Origin: Balanoglossus misakiensis
Lineage: Eukaryota > Animalia > Hemichordata
Length of the DNA stretch: 64,000 nucleotides
Direction of reading: 5' to 3'
NCBI GenBank assembly: GCA_040954595.2
Contig: CM082582.2
Location: forward strand, 9,663,483 to 9,727,482
Position numbers and translations under genes: made by a program. The notes below the pieces were generated by a model. It was not told the origin of the DNA, made no database searches, and worked only from the letters and a program-made list of their open reading frames with translations. Within the stretch, counting starts at the first letter, position 1; each line of letters begins with the position of its first letter. Below are positions 45,922 through 59,134 of this stretch, in pieces.

Positions 45922-48275
45922 TCAAAGTCCTTGTTGAAAAGGTTGTGGAGGAGGGGGGACAAAGCCCCCGAAACCAAGACCAGGTTTCGCCGGCGGAACG
46001 AATCGAAGTTTTGAAGCAGGAACGGGGAAACCGTTACTTTTTACTATCTCGGAAAATTTCTTGACGGATGCTTTTGGCGTGCGTGGTCGAGCAGGATCGG
46101 CAAAGTCGACGTGGTGCAGGCCAAACCTCGTTGTGTACCCGTCAGCCCATTCGAAATTGTCCATCAGCGTCCAGACAGAGTAACCACGGAGATCCACGTC
46201 GTCGAGTTTGTAGGCTACAAAGAAAGTTAAAAAAAGTAAAGTCAGAAAAATTTGATAATTACTTTTGGTGATGAAGGGAATGCAGTGTGGGGTGGTCAGT
46301 GTATGAATTGGGCCATACCAATTTGTCTCAATGAAATATTAATTCATAGTAGTGGTGGTGGTGGTGATGATGATGTTGTTACCTTTCAACATCTCGTTGA
46401 CATGTGACACGATGTACTGTATCCTCCAAGTGTCCTTCAGTTTAGGCTCGTTGTCTTCTCCGAGTTTCTCAGCAACGCCGTTTTCAGTGATGAAAACAGG
46501 CGGGTTGCCGTACTCGTTCTTGATCCAGTTCAAGAGCAGGCGCAAACCCCAGGGCACGCACTTCAGCCAACTGGCCCCGCTCTTCGGCCACTTCTCGTCC
46601 TGCCAGGCGCGGAGATCTCGGTCCTCCTGGTATCCCGGCGGCCAGGAGTCCGACCTCCACGCCGAGACCAGGTGCGTGGTGTAGTAGTTCACGCCGAGGA
46701 AATCGGCCGTGCCGCGGATCAGCTCCTTCTCCGCCGCCGAGAAGGTGGGCAGCCGGGAGACCGTCAGACCCTGGGCGATGCTCTTCTCCATGATCTGGTT
46801 CTTCATCACTTCCGGGTAGTCGCCGTTCACCATGATGGGGTGGGCGAACCAGCCGAACGTGAACTGCAGGTACCTCTCCGCGGCCATGATGTCCACCTGC
46901 CACTTGGTGGAGGGCTGGGCCCAGCTGGTGGCCAGGGTGATGCCCACGTGCCCCTTCTGTTTGTCCCTGTACTTGCGATCGTACACGCGCCAGGCCTTGG
47001 CGTGCGCCTTCAAGATGTTGTGCGCCACTCTGTAGACGGTGGTGCCCAGGTGCTTGAGCCCCGGCGCGTGGATGCCGTACTCGTGGCCGGCCGTGGCGAA
47101 CACGGAGGGCTCGTTGAAGGTCACCCACTTCTTGACCCAGTCGCCGAACTCGATGAAGCAGAGCTCGGCGTAGTTCAGAAAGTGCACGGCGAGTATGTCG
47201 TTGCTCCAGCCGCCGGCGTCCTGCAGCGCCTGGGGGAGGTCCCAGTGGAAGAGGGTGACCACGGGTTCGATCTCCGCCTCCACGAGGGCGCTGATGAGCC
47301 GCCTGTAGTAGACGATGCCCGCCTGGTTGATCTTACTCAGGGTTCCTTCGGGAAGTATCCGCGACCACGCAATCGAGAAGCGGTAATGCTTGACGCCCAT
47401 GTTTTTCAGCAAAGCGACGTCCTCGTTGATTTTGTGGTAACTGTTGCACGCAGTGTCGCCGCTGGCCCCGTCGGCAATGTTCCCGGGCTGATGCGCAAAA
47501 GTGTCCCAAATGGTGAGTCCCCTCCCATCCTCGTTCCACGCGCCTTCTACCTGATAGGCCGACGATGCTACACCCCAAGAGAAATTCGAAGGGAAGAGTC
47601 CGTGAATGAGCCTGTCTCGGACAGGATTTTGGAATTGTTTATAGACATAGCCGGCGTTGCCCTGTGCTGTTACCGTCTCTAGGAAAGCTAATACCAATAG
47701 AGCAAAAGCGAAAATTCTGTCCAAATACCGACCCGGAGAAGACGGTCTGGTAAGCTTTAATTCTTCTAGCCTGAAAATATAAAGCGAGAAGGAGAACAAC
47801 GTGAGTATGAAAACCATATGATGGTCGTAATCGAACACTACTGTGTGTAAACTAAATGTCGACAGGAAAGAAGATGGCGGCCGTTTACCGAACACTCGCG
47901 AACACCTGTTGCCATGCCATTCATCACTGCGCCCAAAGAAAAGACATCGAAACGTGACATTCAATTACAAATGCATTAAACGTCACCCATACAATGATCC
48001 CACAAATGGAATAATATGTTACGTGCCCCAATTTGCCGACATATCGACACATTTCCTTCCTGCGAGTTTTGAGCTAAAAATATAATCACAAGAGAAACTT
48101 TTTGAGCTACTGGAAGAAGTATTCAAACCCAATGCAACAATTGCAATTTTTGGAGTTAATTTGGCGCAAGTTGTTCAGCAGAAGTTATGTGTAGCCTGAT
48201 TGCAAGATATAGGGATAGATTAGCATTCAGTGCAGTTAATTTCAAAATATACTAAACGTGCCGTTACCTTCTCAT
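45922..48275 (-). CDS. GH1 beta-glucosidase, copy C
   Basis: Exons 48268-48275 (ATG AGA AG, inferred), 46383-47770 and 45922-46214. Motifs [28 protein letters not shown]; signal-like [17 protein letters not shown]; Pro-rich C-tail. Confidence 0.92.
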
Positions 48276-50163
48276 TGTTTCGTTCGAGTTCTATGACGAC
48301 CACGTTTCATTGAATCTGAAAAAGAAAACCTTTTTTGCAAAGGGGGAACGCTGATGACTGGATGCGTTTAGATCTCTCAACGATGCGCGGTGAATGATGA
48401 TACTGACGGATCGGGGTCAGAGGCTTTCTTGACGTTGCGGCTGCGCACTTGTTCAACAGTCAGTGGCCCCCGAAAACCTGCCAACGCGACGGCATGGCTA
48501 CGTCACAAATGACAGCGCATACAGTTGGGATTTTATTGTGTGTGTGTATGAATGATAATAATCCGGGTTTTGTTGTGTTTGAATTTAAATTCATCTGTAA
48601 TTGTCAACGTCATCTATCTCAAACAATCATGTACGCCAGGTATCCATAGAAGACAAAAATCCTCTCCTTTCAAAGTTCACATATTTTTTCCCTTCAATTC
48701 TAAACCAAGTGGACATAATTTGTCATTGTCTGTGCAAATCTTGATCTAAATTGTAGAAAAAATATATACAGTAAAAGCTGTCATTTTGTCATAAAATGAC
48801 GACTTGTTTTACTAATCTGGTTATCAATTCGGGCATCACGTTGAGCTGGAAAACAGCCTTGTGGAGAAAATAAAATTGTCAGTGACTGAGTGTCCATATC
48901 TTTTTGTCTAATGTAAGGATAATAGTTTCCATGTCAGCATTCTGGAGTGAATGACACGGTTTAATTTTAAGAACATGAACCAAGGGGTGTGCACTGTAAT
49001 GGCTGACGGTCACACTTAGGTCAAATGTCGCTAGGCTGAAATCATTCTTAGACTACTTAGCTGATATACTTCAGTCTTTAGATTTTCGTTCCAAAATTAA
49101 CATCAAATGCTGTCCCTTCAGGGAGATGGATGTTTGACAAAATGACACGTGTTAGGTTGGCGCTATAATCTACATCATAAGCAGTGATTAAAATTGTGAT
49201 GTAATCGATCAGACAGCGAGTCATTGATCGTGACAAAATGACCGTCTGTGTGAATATCTGATCAGTTAGGTCACACGGGATGGAGAGAGACACACACCAG
49301 CCGTTGCTATAAACCGACGTAACAGGCCACGTCCGGCGCTAATCGTTCTCTAATCTATGCGCAAATAACCCATTGATTAATTGTTCTAGACTGCTGTGTC
49401 CCCTTCTTCCCATTTGAATACTCTGAGAACATCCATCCATCTATCCATCAAGCAATCGCCTCCCCATTCATGCGAAAGAATCACAAACAACAGTATTCTT
49501 CAGTCACACATTGAATTTATTTATTCTGAAAATGCTGTTATCGTATCATGTACTGTTAAATGTTGTTGCTAGCTGCCTCAGTTTGCTACGGAGTAGTGCA
49601 TATCTACAGGCTAATACAGACTACACATTTGTCGCCATCAAACGACTGTGTAAGTCAACACAAAATTATTGGGTCCGGAATAAAATCATCTTGTTCACAA
49701 GAAAATATTTACATTTTGACTATGATGAATTGAAATTGTGTACTGGGCTAATACCGTGATTTCACATTAAAGACTAAAGCGTTGCTATAGTTATCGGAGA
49801 AAACGTGTGAAAGCCATAAGTAAATCGTGGCCTGTGGATATCGATTTTGGTACTTGTCTTTCGTGTGTCACATTTAAAAAAATGTATAACAAAGAGGTTA
49901 TCGTCGGCATTGGATCGTGATGCGAAGGTCACACGGGACCCATACTATACCAAGATACATCACGTGACACTTAAGATACACGGGGACAGAATTGAAAGTT
50001 ACAACACCTTGTTTGGTGTGATGTCTCCGCTTTTAAATTGTATGACAATTTGACAAGGTGCAGTAGATACTGAAAGTTGCACATGCGCATGTCCCGACGA
50101 CACCCCCTTCAAAGAACTACAGACAATGATCCGAAAAACTCCTAAAATGACCTTTGACTTCTA

Positions 50164-51972
50164 TCACCAAAGCAGCCCTTTGCTTGGCTCGGGAAATCCG
50201 TTATTTCTAATAATTCTTGCATACGCTCCCGCGGAAGCCTTCGGGATTCTGGGTCTAGAGGGGTCCTGAAAGTCTACATAGTAGAGTCCGAATCTTGACG
50301 GGTACCCCTCAGCCCACTCGAAATTATCCATCAAAGACCAGACGGTGTATCCCCGAATATCGATTCCGTCCAGCAAATTGCCTGTGTGAAAAAGAAGAAG
50401 AAAAATAACACGTTAGTAACTTCTTCGACGTAACGGTAATTTTGACCACCAAAGGAAATTCTTCGCATGGGCTAGAATTGTTACAAGCCACTTCATTATA
50501 GGCTAAAACTTGTTCTGGTAATATTTGACCCTCTCCCACCATGCCTCGCGTCGTGTAAAAGGGGTATGTGACACTACTGTGTGTACAGACCTTTTAACAT
50601 TTCGTTGATGTGTGCGGTGTGGTATTGTATTCTCCAGGTGTCATCCAGCATTGGCTCGTACTCGCTGCGCTCCGCCACGCCGTTTTCTGTGATGTAGATG
50701 ACGGGCTGGTTGAAGTTTTCATTTATCCAGTTGAGGAACTTCCTGAATCCCCAGGGAACCGGTCTCATCCAACCGGCGCCGCTGGTGGGCCACACCTCGT
50801 CGTCCCAGGTCATGAAGTCCTGGTCCTTGAAGAAGCCCGGCGGCATGACCTGGCGCTCCTTGTGGCCGACGTAGACGGTGGTGTAGTAGTTGGCTCCGAG
50901 GAAGTCGGCGGTGCCCTTGATCAGCTGCTTCTCCTCCTCGGTGAACTCGGGCAGCCTGGAGGCGGTGAGGCCCTGGGCGGTGCTCTTCTTGAGAATCAGC
51001 TGCTTCATCACCTCGGGGTAGTCGCCGTTGACGAAGATGGGGTGGGCGAACCAGCCGAAGCCGAACTGCATGTACCTGTCGGCGGCTGCCTTGTCCTCCT
51101 CGGACTCGGTCCCCGGCACACCCCAGCTGCAATTAAGGGTGATCCCGCACTTACCCTTCTGCGTCGGTCGGTAGCGCTCGTTGTAGGTGTGCCAGGCCTT
51201 GGCGTGAGCCTTCAGCACGTTGTGCGCCACTCTGTACACCGTGGTGCCCTGGTGTTTGAGCCCGGGGGCGTGGACCCCGGTCTCGTGGCCGATCTTGGAG
51301 AACACGTACGGCTCGTTGAAGGTGATCCACAGCTTGACTTTGTTGCCGTACTCACTGAAACAGAAATCGGCGTAACTGTCGAAGTGAACGGCGAGGATGT
51401 CGTTCTCCCATCCCCCGATATTCTGCAGCGCCTGGGGGAGATCCCAGTGGTACAACGTCACCATGGGTTGGATGTTGGCCAACAACAGCGCATCGATAAG
51501 TTTATGGTAATAGTCAACGCCGGCTTGGTTGAGGCTGTTGCGCGTGCCGTCGGGCATGACGCGGGACCACGAGATCGAAAAACGGTAGTGATTCAATCCC
51601 ATGTCCTTCATCATCGCCACATCCTCTTCGAACTTGTGATAGCTGTCGCACGTGGTGTCTGCGGTCTGGTTGTTGTACGAATGACCCGGCGTGTGCGTGA
51701 AAGTGTCCCAAATGCTGGGCCCCTTCCCGTCCACGTTCCAGGCACCTTCGATCTGGTAGGCGGCGGTCGCGGCTCCCCACGAGAAATTTTGACGGAACTG
51801 TCCGTGCAGGAACTTGTCCCTCTCCGGGTCCTGGAATTCTCTGTAGACAAATTCCTCGTACCGCTGCTCCGCCCTCGCGAGTTCCCTGTAACTGAGGACG
51901 GCCAGCCCGGCGAGAATAATAAATCCTATTTTAGTGAATCGTGAGGACCGCCATGCCGCGCGCGTAGTACTC
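50164..51972 (-). CDS. GH1 beta-glucosidase, copy D; start exon not located
   Basis: Exons 50591-51972 and 50164-50381. Motifs [28 protein letters not shown]; hydrophobic [12 protein letters not shown]. Confidence 0.92.
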
Positions 51973-54401
51973 CTGGTGAAAGACACAAAAAGACAAAAAA
52001 CATGTTCATCTCGATTTTTGTCAAGTAGTCAACTTTATTGATTATATATCAATAATACAAGCAATTTGTATGATATAACGGGCACTCTGACAAAGAACAA
52101 CGTGGCAATTTTTACTGGTCGTCCTATAAGTCTGATATCAGACGAGTGAAATTGTGCCTGATATTTTCAATCGGTCAGTGACCAGAAAGAAGAATAACAT
52201 AGCCACTGGCAACCGCTCTACTTCAGACAGGGGACGGTCTACTTCGGTTAGCATGCTAAGGTTCAAAGTTGACGAAAATGTCATCGTGATTATAAAAAGG
52301 AATCCATCTCACAGCTGCCGTGTGATTTCCGTACAGAAAACGTCACTAATTGCAGGACAATGTTGTATCATAGGATGACAACGTTTCTCTTTAAAATATC
52401 ACCACAGAAAATGTCATTAAAATAAGTACATTGCAATACAACAAAACAAAACGTGGTAGAATAGGAATAAAATGAGAAATTAACCCATTGCTGCTGAAAT
52501 CATTTTTTTCCTTCACGTCCACCTACATCTTCAGAATTCTAGTATATGTCACGGAGAGAGCTTTGTATAGAGTTTTGACAAATCCTGTATGGTCGAAATT
52601 TAGCTAAAGATTCACCCGAACACGGGCATGGATTGGAATTTCCCGAAATTAAGTTCAAATCTACGGCGATTGAACTTGGACTTGCAAATAATTCAAATGG
52701 TTGCCCCCACGGATATAAATCAACGTACAAATATCACCAAAATGTCCACTTACCAGTGTAGTTTCTTGAAAAAATAATGTACGCTGCGTTTGATAGACAT
52801 TGTGCGGAAAGACTCTCTTGATGAATCGTGAAAGGCGCAGTGAGTCGCTTCTAAATTTCACCGAAGACTCTTAGGAGACATGGAAAAAAATGGCATCGAT
52901 GCGGAATACGCTGGGTTCACGGCAACAGGGTATTTTTTGAATATTTGTTTTACTGTAAGCGTTGTGCGCGCGCCAGTTGTCATTCAATTATTTAAATCCG
53001 CTTTCAATGTCCCCATCAAAATCCATGCCAACAGGTTGCACAGCGGATGCGAGGCGCATGCGCTCGTTGTTCACGGCATCCCGCGATTGTAAGACATCCA
53101 TAATATGAATCGCGTTTTTTGGATATAACGATATAGATTTTATGAAAACCTTCATGAATGGTCATCAGTAGAATATCGCTTTTGTCCGGAAAGTTCCAGA
53201 ATTGAGTATAAATATTTTAAAGGCTTAAAATATTCAAGTTTCGCCACGACTACAGACGTTTTAGAAAAGGCCAATATATTTTTTTTTCTGGAAAATAAAA
53301 TCTGAATAGCCAATTTACTTTGATTTCACATCGAAAAAACGTGATGACACGTCACCCGCCAGATATAAAACAATTGCCATCGTCACCAGTGCGTCAGCTG
53401 GTCTTCGTCATTCATGAGAGCAAGGGCCTGAATATAATTAAGAGGGGGGGGGGGGGTACGATTTGCAGAGGGAGGGTCACTACATGTAAAAGGAAACTCC
53501 AGAGGGCGTCAACACTCACGCATGCTTAGAAGCATGCTGCATCTCGATATCGTTTTACTAAAAACGACCAGGGGTCATTTTTGTAAAGTGACAGAGACAG
53601 GCCGCATGTCTTATTTTGATCACAATCTCGCATCGAGCTGTATCGTGTCGTATACTGGTGGGCAACTGGGTACGCTTCTCGAAATACAAATGCTAAGGGC
53701 AAAGGTCACTGTGACGTCATCTTCGCTGTGGCCAACTCAAGAGGTTGCGTGCAAGCGCTGCGGTGTTAACCGAGAACTAGAGGTAGGATGTTGAAATTTT
53801 CACGACAGAAAACCCTTTAATCCGAATTTCCCCTTGCACACGCTTCGAAGTATGTGTAACCGCGCGGAAAGACTGTGTGGTGCAGTGACGTTGTGGAAAC
53901 ACAGCCGAGATCTTGAGGGATGTGCAGTGTCTGTGGTCAACTCAAGGTCGGACAGCCTCGCTGCCACGATAAGACACCGCCCTCACCGTTACATACATGT
54001 AAAAGTTTCCGTCCACATCAAAGTTTCACAACTGGTTGTAACAATGCCATATGTTAATAGAAAATGCATTGCTTGTGTCATCCGTGAAACATGAGCTCAA
54101 ATACTGGTTTCTAAACGAGGTTCTTCAAAGTTTTCCAAGGTGTGTGATGTATGGTACTTCATGTTTCTGTGTGGGTGTGAATTTGGTTTGACGAAGGGAA
54201 AGAGACAATACCATCAACGGCACACCATTTTTGAGATTTCTGATTTGTTACACTACCATTCACACGGTCGAGTCAAGATGCGTTCAATTATTTCTCCATG
54301 CATTGTATGTGATTTTGTCTGCAGATGCAACGGACCAATCCGTCGGCCGTTTGAAAACCCCACAGGGGAAGACATATTGGCATTATTTCTTGAGACTGAA
54401 A

Positions 54402-56083
54402 ATGGCTACGCCGACTAAGGCCGAGAGAGACGAGCATAGGGCAGAACGCTGGTGGACGCCATATCTGTCTGATTGTGGCCGGTTCGCATACGATCAATTC
54501 AGAGATCAGGAGAGGGACGGTCTCGTTCACGGACAGTTTCCAGATGGTTTTGCGTGGGGTGTCGCCACGGCGGCCTATCACATAGAAGGTGCCTGGGACG
54601 AAGACGGCAAAGGGCAGAGCATCTGGGACACTTTCTCTCACACGGATGGCAACATCTATCAGAATCAGAACGGTGACGTCGCGTGCGATAGCTACCACAG
54701 AATTGACGAAGATGTGAAAATGTTGAAGGAGCTGGGCGTGTCACACTACCGGTTTTCACTGTCCTGGGCTAGGATCTTACCCGACGGCACAACCGGGACG
54801 GTTAACCAGCCGGGACTGAGCTATTATCGACGCCTGATTGACGCTTTGTCAGAAGCAAGCATCCAACCTATGGTTACGCTTTACCACTGGGATTTGCCGC
54901 AAGCCCTGCAAGATGTCGGCGGGTGGGAAAACGAAATGACCGTCGTCCACTTCAACGACTACGCCGATCTTTGCTTCAGGGAATTCGGCGACAAGGTCAA
55001 GCTATGGATAACGTTCAACGAACCGTACGAATTTGCTCGAGAGGGGTACGAGAGCGGCTGTCTTGCGCCGGGGTTCAGACACCAGGGCAGTACTCTGTAC
55101 AGGGTCGCCCACAATGTTCTGAAAGCACACGCCAAAGCTTGGCACACCTACGACAACTCATACAGAAGTCGTCAAAATGGCGCAGTTGGAATCACTTTGG
55201 TCTCGAACTGGACCGTCCCGGCATCCGACCGCCAAGCCGATAAAGACGCCGCCGAACGATTCATCCAGTTCATGTTCGGGTGGTTTGCCCACCCGATATT
55301 TGTCAATGGTGACTACCCCGAGGTCATGAAACGGGACGTGCTCCGCAAGAGCCTCGGGCAGGGACTCTCGTCGTCCCGGCTGCCCGCATTCACCGACCAG
55401 GAGAAGTCCCTGATTCTGGGCACGGCAGATTTCCTCGGGTTGAACTACTACACAACCCGGCGAGTCCGCCACGTCCAGTCGCCGCCACTGCCCCCGGGGT
55501 ACATGGAAGATCAAGATGTGGAGTATTGGCACGACCCACATTGGCCGACCACGGGCGCCAGCTGGCTTCGGCCCGTGCCTTGGGGGTTCCGCAGACTGCT
55601 GCAGTGGGTGAAGGGAGCATACGGCAACCCGCCGGTGTACATCACCGAAAACGGAGTTCCCGATCCGGTGGAAATCGGCGAGAAAGAGCGCCATCACGAC
55701 CCGTGGAGGGCGAAGTATCTGATTGGCCATGTCATCGAACTTCTGAAAGGTACTAGTAAGACAATTTCTGTTTTACCCTCTTTAGAATAATTTCGTAGCG
55801 TTTTAGAGCTGGTATTAATGTTTGTGTAAAGACCCTCGACGTACAAATTTATGATTTGTTTTCGATGTGCGCACTCATTACAGCGTGTACGTTGGATGGC
55901 GTCGATGTCCGTGGGTACATGGCTTGGTCGCTGATGGACAACTTTGAGTGGAATGACGGCTACTCGGTGCGATTTGGTCTCTACCACGTCGACTTTGATA
56001 ACCCCGCAAGGCCACGTACGGCGAAGATGTCGGCCAAAATATACCACCAAATGATCAGGGACAACGGTTTCCCTGATATTTGA
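54402..56083 (+). CDS. GH1 beta-glucosidase, copy E; inverted, no evident signal peptide
   Basis: Exons 54402 (or the acceptor at 54324)-55749 and 55884-56083. TFNEP and ITENG are intact; AAYHIEG replaces AAYQIEG. The intron is at the same position (LK-G/A) as in copies A-D. Confidence 0.92.
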
Positions 56084-56386
56084 GGGAACTTCGCCTTTTG
56101 GGACGCGGACTGATACGAGTTCACTCTCACCACACACAAAAATAAACAAATATACAGAAAGACGAATTTCCGACCGTCGGTTGGTCGCGTCACCAAAGTA
56201 AAAAGTATTAGTTTGCTCATCATCCAGAAATATTATCGGGTGAGATTTTTATTGATCTCGATGTTGCAGTTTTCTTAGTTTCTATAAACAGAATAATCTT
56301 TCAACAAAGCCGAAAATATCTACGATAGCAAACGCCATGGCTGGGGGGTGTGTTTAACCAACACAAGTGTACATGGTGTCGACTGT

Positions 56387-58161
56387 CTAGAAAAGTCTCA
56401 GCATCATCGAGGCGTGTGACATCACACTGAAGCTATTGTAGTAGTACAGATGGTCGGGGATGGGTTCTGACACGATCTGTTTCAGTTCATCTTCGTTTAT
56501 GCTCTCCGTCACAGCTAGAGCGTAAATCTCCACTCCTGAAAAGCCAATCAAAGTGATTGGGATACATAAATCTGCAATGGCGAGAGTTTTGATACAATAT
56601 CTCGTCTGCAAGCATGCAGTGTTATTCTGTAGATCTGCGAATAGTTGCTGATGATTGGGCATGGATGACAATATGGATTCCTTACTTATGAATAAGCAAG
56701 CCCACTCACCGATAGCTTTTAGTGCATTGGCGGACTCAGCAACGTCATGGTGGCCATTTGAATGCCCGTCAGTTACGAGGAACACCACTTTGTGAGAGTT
56801 GGATCGGGAGCCGTGAGCTGACGTGAATGCCTCGCTCCGGGCTTTGTTCAGGGCCTTGCCAGTGTGCGTCCATCCTCCTGTAAGGAGTCAAAGCGATACC
56901 GAACTGCTGTGAGATAGCTGTGAAGTCTGAATACATTATATTGAAGTGCTCGTGTGTAACATGGCAAATAGCCCACCACTGCATGCCTTAGCTTGTAGCT
57001 TGCCAAACCACTTATATGCCAGAATATGCCAAATGGATCTCTCCGATTGTGCTTGTGAGTCTTTGACTTGCCTTCAAAATCAATCTGCCCAACCAAGTCA
57101 ATGCAGCTATCCTTGCTGTGACAAGCGTCGAAGTTGAAGTCGATGTCCACTTGGTGAGCGCTTGAGAAAGAAATGGCGGCAATCCTGGTCTGGTGCCTTG
57201 CTATTTCCACCGGGAAGACTTCGATAAGTGTCTGCAATGTTGGAATGCATTATGATTATGAACAATGGATGGACTGACACATAAGCGCGTCGAGCAGTTT
57301 GGTTATACCACGGTCACTCCACACATACGATCCAATATGGCCACCGGACGACAATGTATATCACTTACCTGAACGTGTTCGATAACTCTATCGAAGTCGT
57401 CCTTTCCAATGCTGCCACTCTTGTCGATGACGAACAAAAGATCAACCGTTGGTGGCGATGAAGCACTTTCAAATCTACCAGCCATCGCCACAGAGAATGT
57501 ATTCAGGAAACCGGTCCTTATAGAACTGACCGTTTCAAAAGCACTAGGCCTACCACCTGAATTTTAACAAAGAGCAAAAACAATGTTGCTTTTTGGGTTG
57601 TATAGAGAGTTGAATTCACGAGAAGGTACATGATACAAATACAAATACATACATCTCTCTTCCGATTGGGCCAGCTCAGATGGACAATTGTTCCCATGGC
57701 GTGTGATAGTGCGTGTCCGAGTGACTGTGCTACAACCGCTGATTGGTCTTGCACTCCACGCGCTCCATTCACTTGTCTGGAAAAAAATGATAATCTTGAA
57801 AGGGATACGGTCGTTCAGTCCGAGGACAAAGTTTTAGGAGACTGTTAGTCGAAAGAGATATTCGACAGTTTCATAAGATTGTGTTACATTGCTGCAAATT
57901 TCTTTTAATTAGTTTTGAAACTCACTGACATTAAAATAGTTTGAGAGCCGAATGACCAGAATGAAGTGGTTCTACTAGTACATTGAATGGGGAATAAGAA
58001 AATATCCCATGCACTTTGAGTGGTAGAATTTGAGATCGCAAACTCACCTCACACGTTCGCGAGCGGTAATAATTTCTGAAAAACGACCCAAGCGAAGCAG
58101 TTGAACCCTGACACTTGGTGAAAAGCAGACACGCACAGATGAAGAAGGAAACGCCCTTCAT
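56387..58161 (-). CDS. Small secreted protein: signal peptide + TSP1-like repeat + VWA domain, copy 1 (6 exons)
   Basis: Approximate exons 58048-58161 (MKGVSFFICACLLFTKCQG..CE), 57653-57776 (SEWSAWS..GCSTVTRTRTI..NCP), 57369-57556 (VDLLFVIDKSGSIG, MIDAS DxSxS), 57070-57232, 56710-56878 (GGWTHTGKAL..KVVFLVTDGHSN) and 56387-56535 (GVEIYALAV). Confidence 0.85.
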
Positions 58162-59134
58162 GATGGCTGACTGTGGAAAGGAACGAGGGACGCTGTGGTG
58201 AAAATAACGCGCATCGTTGAGTGCATTACGCATAGTGTCAGTTTTTGGCAAATGGCATCCAATTATGTATCGAGATTTTCAAGACGTCATGTTCAAATTC
58301 GCCGTTTGGCACACGCGGGCTTGGTCGAGTTGAATGTCATGTCACACACTCCTCACCGGTTTAACTAGTAGATTCTAGCAGGCTAACTTTGTGTATATAA
58401 TAAGTACCTACCTCTAGCTAGAACACTTTGAATTTCTTGTGATGCAACCGAAGCACAGGGAACCGCTGATCTGTTCGAACGTCGGGCCGTGCACGGCCTT
58501 AAATAGTTCTTCTTGGTTAGGGGTGGGCCACTTGATATCTGGTGAGGGGATGGAGGATTTTCAATTTGAAAATAATTGGTTTCTATTCTTAGTACCCTTT
58601 CCTCCAGCCCCTCCCTCCATGTCAAATGGGTTATCCCCTTATTACGCGGATGTACCCCGGAGACGGCGATCAGTTTACCAAATCACTGTATTGTCTCAAA
58701 TTCATTTTTCTCAAATTGTCTTCCCGGTCGATCTTAAATTACGCTCACATGTACGAAAATGTGTTCTTGATTAACACAATTTTCACAGGGTTGCGAACGA
58801 TATGTTACACCAGTTTTCATCACCACCCTTGGTGTTGGTCAAACTCGAACTTGAAGCATTCACATCTTAATGACCAACGCAGCGAGGAGCAGGAATTGGT
58901 ACACACGGTGCATATATTGATGCCAGGATTACTTGGTTCACCGGCACTGGTTTTAACTTTGTAAATCACACAATTAATCCTTGAAAACATTGAAAAATCG
59001 GTTCCTTTATTGACAAATATTTAACAATATTAACAATGATAATAAATATTCCACAGAGGCAGTAAAATAGACGTAAAATGCTGCATTGGTCATATAATTC
59101 AAGCTAGTCAAAGATGGTGGTGTTATTTGCTATG

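Noticed and set aside
46672-51944. 336-aa and 444-aa plus-strand ORFs, and similar ORFs opposite copies A, B and E
   Set aside because: Antisense to GH1 exons and explained by high GC3 codon bias.
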